From: Setoptus koraiensis
Lineage: Eukaryota > Animalia > Arthropoda
Reading direction: 5' to 3'
Assembly (NCBI GenBank): GCA_048013815.1
Contig: CM106585.1
Coordinates: 5,642,001 to 5,706,000, forward strand
Length of the DNA stretch: 64,000 bases
Shown piece after piece: positions 1 to 12,233 of this stretch. Made by a program: the position numbers and the translations under genes. Position 1 is the first letter of the stretch; every line of letters starts with the position of its first letter. The notes under the pieces were generated by a model. That model saw only the letters and a program-made list of their open reading frames with translations, was not told where the DNA came from and did no database searches.

Positions 1-1078
1 ATCTTTTCATTTACACTTTGCCATGAGTGGTCTATCTCATCTAAAGATTCTCCGCTGCTTTAAATTCTCTAGTTTAACAACCGAGATAGTCTCAAGACTA
101 AAACAGAGAGAAAATTCACATTGCTCACTCAGAGACTTGGTTTTTTCTATGGCATAGACTCTCGAATCCAATTGAATGACTAACCAAAGGCAAACAACCA
201 CTTCGTTCGTTTGCTGCACCACGAATCACCACCTGCTCCTTATGTGAGTCTTTCTCACTGAAGATACGGTGTTGCCGCAGGTGATCATGATTCTGCAAAT
301 AGAAACAAATTGGTGCTTGATGCTTGTTAATCATGATGCAGTTTCACCTGCATCAGTGTCTACCAATATAACATTAATAATATGATACCGACTACCACAT
401 GCGATTCAAGGGGAAGCCATGCAACTTGTCGACGAATTCGTGCAAGGTTCTTAGAGACCAATTAAACAGATACCTAAGAGGGTGTGTGTATGTCTGTCTG
501 TTGGCTGTAAATCTCACTAGTGGTGGTTACATAATTAAAAGAGCCAAGTTATTTATATGAGATATTTGTTTAAAAAATAAACAGGGGATAATATTACACC
601 ACTTGCTATGACATAATAGATTTAACGAGAACCACATTATGCTTAAAGATCGCAAAAGCGCATATTAAACAATAACTCAAGCCTATGATTCATAGTGGTG
701 CACCATAGATTACCAACAGTTTAGTTTTAATTTCATGGTTTTTTTTTTGGATTACGATATTGTTGCAGCATTACTAACCACGTTTTTAATGCGATATTTA
801 ACAAGAAAACTGGCGCTAATTCAACTCGACCGGTTCGTATTACAGTATATTTTACTAGTTTGGCAAAAGTATATAACAAGTCACGGGGAGAACGATGTGA
901 CAGTGGTGGAACCTGGACTACAGTGGCCGGCTGATCGGTTGATCAATGTCATTTTTTATGAGCGATCACAAAAACTAACCTGAGAATCTATTGCAATAAG
1001 TGGTTAGCATTTTCATAATCCACAGACTTGTGACATATGAGGGGAAAGTTTTTTCAACTCTTAGTCTTTATTTGAATA

Positions 1079-2236
1079 TTAGGACTTGTTTTCAATCTTT
1101 TCTGATTGCTCCGTATCATGATTGTCTTTGGACGGATCAACGAGTTCTCTGGTTGGTCGGTTGATCCTAAACACAACACTTATCTCTTTCAGTTTAGAAT
1201 TTCGTTCTTGCATCAAACGGAGCCAAGAAAGTAGTGAATCATGACTAGATGTTCCAGTAACACCGATGGCTAGTACGTTTCCATCCTCGACATTGTGCGT
1301 ATCATATAGTTCCTCTTGCCTCTCCTTGATAGATTTACCATAAAATTGCATAGGCATACTCTCATAATCCTGTTCCGGTTCCTCATATCTGGGCTTCACT
1401 TTAGGAGTATCATGGTACTGTTTGAGAACGTAGTATATAATGGATTTGTCTCTGATGTAGGCTTTGCCTCCCTCCTCAATATAGAGCAAATCTTTGCTAT
1501 CTAGTCTGTTGATCATATCCTGCTGAATGTCACTCTGTGCAGATATAATCCATGTCTTGTCGATGGCTGTCGGTACTCTCGATGCGTTCCAAACAGACAA
1601 AATTGTCTTTTTATCAACGCACATTCGCGCTAATGCTAGCTTGGTTAATTCCACGGGATCATCGGGTGCAACCTCAGGTATGGGCCATGGATTTTTATTT
1701 CTGAATTTCATAGACCAAAAATTCATTCGTACGGACTTTAGCCAAACATCGCTGTATGTACTGAATCTTTCGGCAATTAATCTCTCCACCTCTTTATCTG
1801 GCCAAACTTGGTGCCTTTCCATCTGGTACAATATCTGTAGAACACAAACTTGTTGTTTGGGAGCGAACATTGTTATTCGTGAATAGGCATTCAATGGATG
1901 ATATTGATCGGTAGGGAAGACCTTGATGAGTTCTTTGTATGTTGCAAGGTCTTTGTGAAGTCCGAGCTCCTCGAGTCTATCGAGTGCATCATAGATGAAA
2001 TCAGTATATTTGGCCCGATTATGTATGGTGCCTTCTTTGAAGTAATTGGGAAACGATTCGACAAGTGCAGCTTTGGGGTCCTTCGCGACGAGAGATGTTC
2101 GTTTGGTGGTGGGATCTTCATCATTCAGATTAGTCGACATAGAGCTTTTCTGGATGCAACTGGCACTGAATATTTGGGCTTGGACCCATTTTGGCGAATG
2201 CTTACTGCATATCGTATGCCTTATGGCGTTGAACAT
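1079..2236 (-). CDS. ECSIT: ECSIT, mitochondrial complex I assembly / Toll pathway intermediate; single exon, 385 aa
   Basis: N-terminus looks like a mitochondrial targeting peptide. Segments GLHKDLATYKELIKVFP, KQQVCVLQILYQMERHQVWPD and NPWPIPE match the ECSIT family as I know it. Confidence 0.88.
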   Translation of the reverse strand: MFNAIRHTICSKHSPKWVQAQIFSASCIQKSSMSTNLNDEDPTTKRTSLVAKDPKAALVESFPNYFKEGTIHNRAKYTDFIYDALDRLEELGLHKDLATYKELIKVFPTDQYHPLNAYSRITMFAPKQQVCVLQILYQMERHQVWPDKEVERLIAERFSTYSDVWLKSVRMNFWSMKFRNKNPWPIPEVAPDDPVELTKLALARMCVDKKTILSVWNASRVPTAIDKTWIISAQSDIQQDMINRLDSKDLLYIEEGGKAYIRDKSIIYYVLKQYHDTPKVKPRYEEPEQDYESMPMQFYGKSIKERQEELYDTHNVEDGNVLAIGVTGTSSHDSLLSWLRLMQERNSKLKEISVVFRINRPTRELVDPSKDNHDTEQSEKIENKS

Positions 2237-2593
2237 GCTGCTTTATTTGATAATACGGTTTGATCTCGCCCTCGCAACAATGCCTAGAATTCATTGGTAC
2301 ATTTCTAATATAGGCGACGACATTAGCTATAATAAATAAAACATGATTTATCCGAATACAAATTGGACTTGGGAGAATTATTTTTTTGATTGGTGCATCG
2401 GCAAACACATGATCACATGTGCGAACACATGTAATGTTTTTCTCGTGTTGTCGTTTGGACTGCTTGGCTTTGGCTGCCGATCAGTATGGCGGTAACATGC
2501 GGACCTGAAAATTTTTGCAATTCATCTTCTTCGAAAACATCCAGAGCATACTAATTTTTGTATTTATTCTAAACTGATGTATATTTTTATACT
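2237..2593. promoter_or_regulatory. Probable bidirectional promoter between ECSIT and PIGL
   Basis: 357-bp gap between two divergent start codons. Inferred from geometry only. Confidence 0.5.
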
Positions 2594-3412
2594 ATGACAT
2601 CATGCAACAAACACAGTATTATTCAGAGCCTAATATTTGCTTTTGTTATCCATCTTGCTACATCCTACTATCTACTTCTACATTATTGTACAAAATCAAA
2701 TGATGTAATCGATAGCTTTAATGAGACCACCCTCATTGTAGTGGCTCACCCAGACGATGAAACTATGTTCTTTGGCCCATCAATACTGAATTTGATTAGG
2801 CACAATAAATCACTACACATTTTGTGCCTCAGCGACGGCAATGCTGATGGATTGGGAGAGAGACGCATGTTAGAGATGAAACAAGTAGTTGACAATATGG
2901 GACCAAATGTTCAACTTTTTATCGGCAATAGGGAACTTTTCGTAGATAGTCAAGACACAAAATGGGATGGAAAACAAATCGACTCATTCATAGGAAAACA
3001 TTTAGCTGTGTACAAGTCCATAAAACAGTTGGTCAGCTTCGATACCTCTGGCGTCTCAGGTCATGCCAATCACATATCCATCTCAGAGGCCCTGATCGAC
3101 AACAAAAAGAAGTATAGCAGTTTGGGTGTGAGAGTTATCGGATTGTCGTCAGTGTCAATATTGCGCAAATATCTGTCGTTTTTTGATGTCATTCCAACTT
3201 TTATCCTCCATGACACCTTCCTTGAGAATGTGATACCTACAGAAGGCCCATACCATTCCAAAAGTATGATATTGGCTCTAGAAACATCTCAGTATTTTCA
3301 ACTCACTAGAATTCTACGACTACACGAATCTCAAATGGTTTGGTTCCGTTATTTATACATGACTTTTTCGAGGTACATGTTCATTAATGAACTTCAAACG
3401 TTAAGAACTTGA
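2594..3412 (+). CDS. PIGL: N-acetylglucosaminyl-phosphatidylinositol de-N-acetylase (PIG-L); single exon, 272 aa
   Basis: N-terminal TM segment, metal-binding AHPDDETMFFGP, CLSDGNADGLG, FDTSGVSGHANH, and C-terminal HESQMVWFRYLYMTFSRYMFINEL. Head-to-head with ECSIT, 357 bp apart. Confidence 0.93.
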   Translation: MTSCNKHSIIQSLIFAFVIHLATSYYLLLHYCTKSNDVIDSFNETTLIVVAHPDDETMFFGPSILNLIRHNKSLHILCLSDGNADGLGERRMLEMKQVVDNMGPNVQLFIGNRELFVDSQDTKWDGKQIDSFIGKHLAVYKSIKQLVSFDTSGVSGHANHISISEALIDNKKKYSSLGVRVIGLSSVSILRKYLSFFDVIPTFILHDTFLENVIPTEGPYHSKSMILALETSQYFQLTRILRLHESQMVWFRYLYMTFSRYMFINELQTLRT

Positions 3413-4024
3413 AATAGAACTACTAACGATTTTGTTGTCATGTCATTAAGAAAGTATCTGATTTTGTACTGCCCGTGAACATTAAAAAGGTCTTTCTTAT
3501 GTACTTTTTGATTATCACATTCATTCGCACTCAACACATTCGATTGCTCACTCAATACTATGAGTAAATAAGCCATTTTATCTTGATAGACTGTCTAATT
3601 GAGCGAATCTAATCTCATCGTTGGCAGGATCTTGCAGTCATATGTCTTCAACTTTTATTCAATTGGTGTTGCGCTATCACTAGATGGATGCACTAAATCT
3701 GATATACTCTATCGAATGATATTATCTTTGTGATATATGTCACTGAGATACCGCACAAATGAGCAACAAACTTACATAATGAAGACCGTCGTGAATGCCG
3801 ACCGATCAAGGAGTTAGCCTAGTAACCCAGTTATAGTTATAGATGACAATAACAATTAGAGCTGAGCTAATCTGGTTGATGTGCAGTGAGGAAAATGAAA
3901 TGTATCTAGTATAATATTCACAAATTCAATTGATTATAATTGGTATAATGAATGGTTCCTAATAATAAACTATAAGAACTAAGACTGAAGAACCTCCTGC
4001 CGAAAACATGCTGACATAAAGACG

Positions 4025-7000
4025 ATGGCCAGTTTCTCTTCAATTGCTAGCCTGTTGTTGATGGTATCGATCAGTCGGATCTTATTGTTGGCATCAGTAC
4101 AATCAGAGCATGCTTACACCAGTTCCAGGCTAGACTCCTTAGTGAAAAAGCCTCCCATAGAAACTAGAAGTCCCAATGGAAACCATTACACGGGACATCA
4201 GAGTCACCAGGCGCAACGTCAGCCCCAACCCATAGATCTGAATTTGACAAGTTTAGAGCAATTGACTTATTTTCTCTTGCGCAATTACAATTTAACCGAA
4301 GACGAGCTACTGTCCAATTCTAATTGGCCCAGCAGCTCCAGTTATCATCATCAAAAGAAGTTGTCATCCACAGATGGAAGAATCAGCTCCATGCTGGAGT
4401 CATTCATGGCGCGCCTACGCACCGGCTACTTGCATAGATTGACTCTTAGCGAGATAATAGGCGAATCCGAGAGAAGACAACAACAGGCGATAAGTGCTCT
4501 AGCTCCAAATCCTAGGCCTCAATCAATATCATACAGCGAACAGTTGGCTTTTAGTCCTGAGAATGCAGTCACAGATACGAAGAGGGTCAATGCCGAGCTC
4601 AATGCGTCTTGGTCGCCCGCGGACTACAATAGTACCACCAATTCGGATAGTAGTTACAACAAAATCTCGGGCAAAATTTCCAACAATTCTGTGACGACCG
4701 ACCAAAGGCCAGACGTTGTGATGATTAATCAACCGCCCAACGGAACAGCCGGCAATAGAACTACCTCGACCAACGACGAACCAGTGCCAATCAATAAGGC
4801 ACAAATTATGCATCACAATCAACACTGGCAAGGCCGGGGTACTTTGAAATGGTCGACAAGGTGTCAGCATCTGTTGGCCATGTATAAGAGGGACGCCACA
4901 CTAGCGGCCGCTCGAGTGGCCCTCACTCAATCTAGCATTGAATATGATTCATCATTGGACAATCAGCAACAAACCTCAATTGATTCCATGCAAAATGGCG
5001 CTGGTCAGTCGCTGTCAAGTGTCGATCAGCAGATTGCCAACAACGGTGGTCACTTTGAGCCTCTGGTTTTGTATGCTGGCAGCGATGGCCAAGATGAGTC
5101 GTTGTTTGACCAGCCGACCGGCAACAATTCGGCTTCGCCCGCAACTGATATTGGCAACGAAGCATCAACAACGTCGCCATCACTATCTACTAATGGTGAC
5201 TCTACCAACGACAATAGACAGGCGACATTGCAACCAGCAAAGTTGCATTTTGACGATGAGCATTTGTTGCAACTCTGCGAACTGTCCACAAGATGTCACA
5301 CACCCGAACAACTAATCAGCCTAATACAACCGCCCGATGCCATCAAGAGATTGATTCACGAACCCTCTGATGCCTCTGAACCCGCCATGGCTGTAGCTAT
5401 GACATCAGAGGCGGCCGACATTCATCAGGTAACTAGCCCCATTCCACAGTATCTGTCACATCAAAAGATAACCGGAAGCCACTTGTTAAATGTGCGCAGT
5501 GTCTCTAGTCAATCAGGCACAAGCGGCAACAGTGTTCCTGTTATTGCGTCGACCTCTAAGGAGCAATTGAGCGATATGGTGGTCAAACTGTGTCCTTTAC
5601 TATTGTTTCAATTGCACGACAGCACTTGCAGTAGTCGCAGAGAGGAGAAGCCAAGTCCGAGTACAGTATGGGCATTTGCCACATTATTTGTTACTATAGT
5701 GAGCTTTTGTTCGCTCATAGGACTCTCTATCACGCCATTCATTCAGGGCAGCTCATCCTATCGGACTTGCCTAAATTTGTTTGAAGGTCTGGCTGTGGGC
5801 AGTCTAGTTGGTAGCGCCCTATTTAGTCTTATTCCACAGGCGTTTGAGTTGCAGGAACGAGAGGCCAATCAAGGTTACTTGTGGAAGGCCTCGATAATTT
5901 TCTTTGGCATATATCTGTTCTTTTGCTCTGAGCGTATCATGAAGATCATACTGGACACCAGACGGAAGAGAACACTCAACTCAATGCCATTGGCCAGTAC
6001 AGTGACAGATTATGGCTGCGAAGCTGACACGAGCACAGTCCAGAGAAATAAAGAGCTCACCGGCAAGCAGCAATCTATCGGTCAAGGAGATGGCAGATTT
6101 GACAAGTCTACCAGCGGTTTAGATGGTGGTGGCCCGTTGAACAGACAGACAACAAATTATTTAAGACAAGCCAATCGCGACCAATCTCTGTTAGAGACTA
6201 GTCCAAGCAGATATAGTGGTGTCACTAAAAAGAATGGATCAGATGTGCTACTGGACAAGCATGTCTATTTCTCTGGCGATCACATTAACAGACAGTACAA
6301 CTATGACGAAACTCGATTGAAAGACACCAACAACATAACTACAAGTGATAACTGTAACTCTTCGCAAACAGTCCCATCCGGTTCCTGTTCTTCGTCTCAG
6401 TCAAACTCAAAAAATTCTTTAGATAAGCTACAGGATAATACATTCAGACACAGTGCTACTGGCATCAGTGATGAAAGCGATACTCTTGACACCATCACAA
6501 ATTCTAGCGGCAATCATAGCCAGGTTAACGTAGACGATACTGAGGACGAGGAACAATTTCGTTCTAGATTGAGGAGATCCAACAGAATTGTGCGTCGCCA
6601 CCACAATGACCAGAAGCGTCATCGGCAGCAACAACAAGATCTCTATAGGCAACGTCGTAGGCGTAGATCCTCTAAGTTGGCCCAATTCGGTCGGAAGTCT
6701 TCGTCGAGGAGTTCGCGTGACATCACCTTCAATTGTCCGCAGGATATTAATTCCAATATTGAGGAAGCCCAGAACAACACCAGACTAAGTATTTCACGAG
6801 ACGATACCGCCCCTCCAAATGTCAAACCACATCTGGCTTTGCGCAATGTGGGCGATATTCAAATGAGACAAACTGGTCGGAAGGCTCACCAACAGCGACA
6901 CAGAAATACCCATAAGCAGCATAAAGAATTAGACGGTGATGTTCTGATCCAAAATAGACTGTATCAACAACCAGCCTGGCGAAACACTGCAGACACCCGT

Positions 7001-7711
7001 CAATCGCAAGACCAACTGAAACAGATGGAACTGGGTAAATGGTCACCGCCATCTCGACATGGAGAAGTGCATCAAGAATCGTACAGAATGTCCGGCGGTA
7101 AGTTAGGCTCATTACGCAGTGCTCAACATCATGAATACAGGGGACAACAACGAAAACAACGAAAAATAACTGACAGCCTCATGGATATTGGAATTGATGA
7201 AGATATTCGTCATCAGCAGGAGTCTGGTCAAGATATAGCCACAGTGGCCTGGATGATTGTCTTAGGAGATGGTTTGCACAATTTCATAGACGGACTTTCC
7301 ATCGGCGCTGCCTTCTCAGAATCGATACTATCGGGAGTGAGTATATCGGTTGCCGTAATATGTGAGGAATTTCCACACGAGCTGGGCGACTTTGCAGTGT
7401 TAATCTCATCAGGCATGACCATTAGACAGGCGCTTGGATACAATTTCTTATCAGCTTGCACATGCTATGTGGGCATGATCTTTGGCATTCTATTGGGAGA
7501 CATGACCGATGCTGCAGCCTACATATCAGCGATGGCTGGCGGTGTTTTCCTGTATATCGCTCTGGTCGACATGATGGGAGAATTGAGCGCCGCCCTAGAG
7601 GAGATGAGCCGCATATCTATAACCAAAACATTGAAATTGTTACTATTACAGAATATAGGCATTCTCACTGGAATATCTATCATTTTTGTATTGTCTTTCA
7701 TAGATTTTTGA
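4025..7711 (+). CDS. LIV-1 subfamily ZIP (SLC39) zinc/metal transporter; single exon, 1228 aa
   Basis: Signal peptide, LCPLLLFQL (PAL-like motif), TM1-3 (WAFATLFVTIVSFCSLIGL; GLAVGSLVGSALFSLIPQAF), TM4 GDGLHNFIDGLSIGAAF and TM5 CEEFPHELGDFAVL (HEXPHEXGD-type motif). Orthology within ZIP8/14 vs ZIP6/10/foi not resolved. Confidence 0.93.
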   Translation: MASFSSIASLLLMVSISRILLLASVQSEHAYTSSRLDSLVKKPPIETRSPNGNHYTGHQSHQAQRQPQPIDLNLTSLEQLTYFLLRNYNLTEDELLSNSNWPSSSSYHHQKKLSSTDGRISSMLESFMARLRTGYLHRLTLSEIIGESERRQQQAISALAPNPRPQSISYSEQLAFSPENAVTDTKRVNAELNASWSPADYNSTTNSDSSYNKISGKISNNSVTTDQRPDVVMINQPPNGTAGNRTTSTNDEPVPINKAQIMHHNQHWQGRGTLKWSTRCQHLLAMYKRDATLAAARVALTQSSIEYDSSLDNQQQTSIDSMQNGAGQSLSSVDQQIANNGGHFEPLVLYAGSDGQDESLFDQPTGNNSASPATDIGNEASTTSPSLSTNGDSTNDNRQATLQPAKLHFDDEHLLQLCELSTRCHTPEQLISLIQPPDAIKRLIHEPSDASEPAMAVAMTSEAADIHQVTSPIPQYLSHQKITGSHLLNVRSVSSQSGTSGNSVPVIASTSKEQLSDMVVKLCPLLLFQLHDSTCSSRREEKPSPSTVWAFATLFVTIVSFCSLIGLSITPFIQGSSSYRTCLNLFEGLAVGSLVGSALFSLIPQAFELQEREANQGYLWKASIIFFGIYLFFCSERIMKIILDTRRKRTLNSMPLASTVTDYGCEADTSTVQRNKELTGKQQSIGQGDGRFDKSTSGLDGGGPLNRQTTNYLRQANRDQSLLETSPSRYSGVTKKNGSDVLLDKHVYFSGDHINRQYNYDETRLKDTNNITTSDNCNSSQTVPSGSCSSSQSNSKNSLDKLQDNTFRHSATGISDESDTLDTITNSSGNHSQVNVDDTEDEEQFRSRLRRSNRIVRRHHNDQKRHRQQQQDLYRQRRRRRSSKLAQFGRKSSSRSSRDITFNCPQDINSNIEEAQNNTRLSISRDDTAPPNVKPHLALRNVGDIQMRQTGRKAHQQRHRNTHKQHKELDGDVLIQNRLYQQPAWRNTADTRQSQDQLKQMELGKWSPPSRHGEVHQESYRMSGGKLGSLRSAQHHEYRGQQRKQRKITDSLMDIGIDEDIRHQQESGQDIATVAWMIVLGDGLHNFIDGLSIGAAFSESILSGVSISVAVICEEFPHELGDFAVLISSGMTIRQALGYNFLSACTCYVGMIFGILLGDMTDAAAYISAMAGGVFLYIALVDMMGELSAALEEMSRISITKTLKLLLLQNIGILTGISIIFVLSFIDF

Positions 7712-7976
7712 GCGTGTACCAATTATAACATCAAATGGTTCCTGCGAGACTAGCAACAGACCAATTTGGACACGTTATGCACAGACTATGCATTTTCTAT
7801 GATTTCAACAATTCACGAAGACTTACGTGAAGTCATAAATCACCCATACTCCAAACTACTCTTACCGCCGTGGATTAACAAAGCTAGAAACGGTTGCCTC
7901 AACAGCATTTGTTTTCTTATTTTTTATTTTAGTATTCGTAAAGTAAATAGAATATCCTGGATCATAGATCCAATCG

Positions 7977-10057
7977 TCAACTGTCATCGAACCACTTGAA
8001 TTGGAGGATAAACAAAGTGATGAGAGTTAGTCAAGATTACTGGTGATAGTGAATAAATTAGCAGCTTGCAATATGGACATAAAACTTACCTGTAGATAGC
8101 TGTGCTCGTGTAGAGTAGATGCTTGATATTGATCTTGATAAATTCTTTGAGAAAAGTTTTGGTGCATATTGTATGCCTCAAGTCGGCGTTGCTGATCTCC
8201 TACACCTGCGTAGATGTCTTTCAAGATGGATGCTGCCCAGAGTTGTACGTGAATATCGGGAATTTTGGTGGCTAATTGCATACCCGAATTCAACATATTG
8301 AAGGAATCGTGTTGCCTACCAAGGTTGTAAAAAATATTACCTAATAGCACCAATGAGCATGCTGTCAATCTATTTAGATCCTCACCAACGGTCATTTTGA
8401 GAGCCTCTCGGAGTCCCGTCCTTCAAGTGAAATTTTCGAATAAAAATTAAGATTGTTAGAATTCTGCTGTTCCTCGAATGAGGTGATGGTTATCTCGAAC
8501 TGATACTTACTTCGCATCGTTATACCTAGCCTGGGCAAACGCGTTGTATCCGTGAACAAAATAAGATGCTGCCTTCAGACAGATTGATCTGTTAGATTGG
8601 AATGAAAAAGATTTAATGTTAATGTCGAACAACGAATATAACAATGGAGAATGTGCCTCATCGGACTGAATTAGGTGTACTTACACTGAATTGAATTCTC
8701 CAGGGTTTAGTCTGGTTAGTAACTCTTCGAGTTCTCTCTCTCGTTTTGTCTGAATGTAACAGAGCGCTAAATTCAGCATGGCCATCACCCTGAGTTCTGT
8801 ATTTACATTCGGGTCGTTGATGACCCTGTTGAATTGATTAACAGCGTCATCGAATTGCGACATAGACATAGCGTATAGACCAAGCAAGGTATGTATGTTG
8901 CCTTTGTGTCGTGACTTGAGTCTTGGATTATTGTAACATAGTTGCAATGCTTGGACGGTCTCTTTAATAGCTGTTGACTTGTTGCCCATGACAAGATGAC
9001 ACATTGATACGTGCTCCAGTAGAAGTACTTGAAATGTGTCCAGTAGAGGTTCTGGGTCTGTAACTTTCAATCTATCTATTTGTAATAATGCTTTCTCAGT
9101 ATACTTTTGTGCTTTCTCTAAAAATCCAGACTGCATTGAATGTATGACCGTAACAAGGTATACTAGAACACACGTTAGGTCCTTCGACATCCACATGAAT
9201 TTCTCAGGGTGGTTTGCTAAGTCACCCGTATCACCGTGGCCTGTAGCATTGGTTACATTTTGCATACTTTGTTGCAATAGTTTCAAACATGGTTTAGCGC
9301 TCTTAACATGGCCAGCATTCAAATGATGACAAACTTGTAATACTAAGAAAAAGACCTTGAGAGCTTCCTTTCTATAAATGTCACCTTGCCACGATTCGAG
9401 CAGTTCTCCTGCTAATGCCAAAGTGTCCACTAATTGTTGGTCGTTGTTGGGCACTTGCTGCTGGGGCAAAACATTTTGCTGGTTCCGAACTGGGTCTTGA
9501 TGTTTTCTCGCAATCATTAAAATCATGCCCTTGCTGAGCAAGAATAGAATTCGTGTGAATAGGTCATCAGTGGCTCTGGCTGCTTCAGCTCCTAATGTGA
9601 GTAAATTATTGGCAGCCTGAAAGTCTTTTTCGTCGAGATTGAGTTGAGATAACTGAAGAAGGAATTTGTAATGCCAATAAAGGAAATTTCCTGTTGAGCC
9701 CGAATCATTGATTGCTTTAGAGAGGAGTTGTTTGGCGAGAAATATATTATTTTGATTTAAATAAATATCTATGAGCAAAGCTGCTACTTCCAATCTGATA
9801 GAAATTAGATCAGGGGTTTGACAAAGCTCGTAGGATCTCTCTAAATAATTTTGAGCCACATTGTTGTTAGATGTTCGCTTGTATATGATTAAGCCTATTT
9901 GATAATTTGTTTTAGCGGCTACGGCGGCGGGGACAGGAAAATTTAAGATGGCGAGTAGACATTGCACACAACTTTTGTGATCTGGTGGTGATTTCGTACG
10001 GAACTCTTCAGCTAATTTGAGCAAAGCCCTATGACATGTGTTAACATCTACATTCAT
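7977..10057 (-). CDS. MAU2: MAU2/Scc4 cohesin loader; exons 10057-8685, 8588-8511, 8420-8090, 7994-7977; 599 aa
   Basis: ALLKLAEEFRT..CVQCL N-terminus. Three GTAAGT..AG introns join in frame to give ...KAASYFVHGYNAFAQARYNDAKTGLREALKM..EDLNRLTACSLVLLGNIF...IPDIHVQLWAASILKD, characteristic of MAU2. Exon sum 1800 nt. The last 18-nt exon is the least certain. Confidence 0.92.
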
Positions 10058-12233
10058 GACTAAAAGGTTAGATGATGCTGATGATGTTGGTGATATTGAT
10101 AATGGTGATAATGATGGTGAATTGATGCGCTCATCTGAGATTAAGGATAATCAAGATTGCTCCATGTGAACAAGTGTGATTATGATATTTATCGATTGAG
10201 TGTCGATAGAATAAATGCCTGGTATAATTTAGTGTTGACGTATGGTACATAACATATTTGTTTTGTACCCGACTATAAGTGTGTTTGATTTCAGTTTAGT
10301 TCTTAAAAATAATCAATTTTTTTTATTGTTCGAATTTGTCATGATCCCGCGAATGCTCATAAGTATTAACGTGGGTCAGGTGCCAATTAGTAGGATTTTG
10401 CAGATGTTATTATTAATTTTGCGTGTGTTTGCATTCAGTGATTTTGGCTGGTTGTTGATTTCTCATAATCTCAGTAATGTAATAACAATGATATAAATAA
10501 TCGAATCATCGTATCTATACAATTAATAGCAATAATAATAATGGGTCGACTATTTTATTTTTATTGTTGATCCCTCAATGATATGGCTCTTAGTTGCAGT
10601 AAGGATAGTGGTATCAATGATGTTGATAATAGTAGTAAAGATAATAATTGCATGTTATCATTTTCTCCTAATTAGTAATGATTAATAAAGTAATTTATAA
10701 TTAAAATATTTGATTGTTACTATTAATAATAATGATGATAATGATATGAAGAAGTTACATATATAATAGTGCGTATACATGATTATTATTGAAAGAAAAC
10801 AATCTCTAATTTTATGTAGGGGGCAAGAGGCGTGGCTGGTACAAACGATCTCGCGCGGGCAGAGGGTATTCGTGGATTCGCGATATGTGTGCGGTACATG
10901 TGCCTACAGCTTTCAGTAACGAGCCTCTGCTAGATTTTGTTCTCGGGAATACCCAACCCGCACAACAAACTGTTATATGGGTGTGTCTGTTGTCATATTG
11001 ACCGCAATCTATATGTTATTTTCTTCTTTTAGAGACCCATCGCATTCAACCTTTTTTATCCGCATCTCTCGTCGCTTGTGAGATTAACATAAATCGGTGC
11101 GCTCTGGTCTGTATAATACAGCACTTGCAAGCGCACTAATAAGCGCAAACATAATTACAACAAAATATATCGCCCACATAATATATTAGTGCGTTCCTTA
11201 CGTAGCTTTTCAATGCAGAATATCGCCTACAATACTGTTAAGATTAAAGGCAGGAAAATCGATGTGAGAAAAATGGCGCCTGTTTATACAAAACAAAACT
11301 GTAGCCACAAATATGGTATAAATTACTTCTTTCTGTCATTATCAAATATACAGGACCATTCTACTCTATTTATCCCCATTGATATGTAAATAACATCAGA
11401 TCAGGATTTAGGCTGGCGAAGTAGATACAATGTAGATATTCAAAGAGACACTCACATACACAGGAATTAGTACTAGTCTCTTGGAAATGCCGTAGGAGAG
11501 ACCAAAGAAAAACAACAATAATAATAACAACAAACAAATATACGCTCATGATTATCATAACAATGGTGTTAGTCCCGATATAGATAGAGACACTCCTGAC
11601 ATAACGAGTGTAGCTGTCTGTGTGATAGTATCGTCGGATACAGGAGCCAAAAATTTTTAGTGAACCTGAAACTTGTTGTTTTGTATCGAATATAATCAAC
11701 TTATTCCATCTATAGATTGCTATTATTGTTATGTTTAGCTGAACCAATAATGCACGCAACAAATACATGATAAGCGCCACCACCACCGAGACAAATTCAC
11801 TTTGCGTTCGTTAGGAATGACAAAACAACAATGAAATTCGATGCTGGAGTTTGAATAAAATCTCACACATATCAGTGAAAATAAAGTAACTACAAGCGAA
11901 ACAAGATAAGGACGCTAACTTGTTAGTGATCGACCATGTGTGGGTTAATTCTATGTACAAAGACAAAAGACTGCGATACTATTACAACCGATTTGGTCGC
12001 CGGTCACCAGTTACACAATTAAACAGATTTGTTTCAAGTCAACTCAGTTGATCATATTCGAAAAGACGATTCCAGAGAAACCTCAATATCTAATTCTCCA
12101 CCATCTTCAAATTCACCTCACTCTGTGTCCAGTCAGTATAAGAGACCAAGCGTCTAATAAAAAGATCTTCTAACATTCATATAAATTAACATAACTCGAC
12201 GAAACGAAAGACAATAGAACAACATCGATCAGA

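Noticed and set aside
1-1000. Possible terminal exons of a gene entering from the left (e.g. 380-480 and 850-983)
   Set aside because: Several frames look equally plausible and none matches a family I recognise, so I could not build a supported model.
11370-11786. 138-aa hydrophobic ORF, and in another frame RQLHSLCQECLYLYRD resembling CHH/ion-transport peptide
   Set aside because: The ITP-like frame stops immediately and the other Cys spacings do not fit the six-Cys CHH pattern. The hydrophobic ORF is what AT-rich DNA yields by chance.
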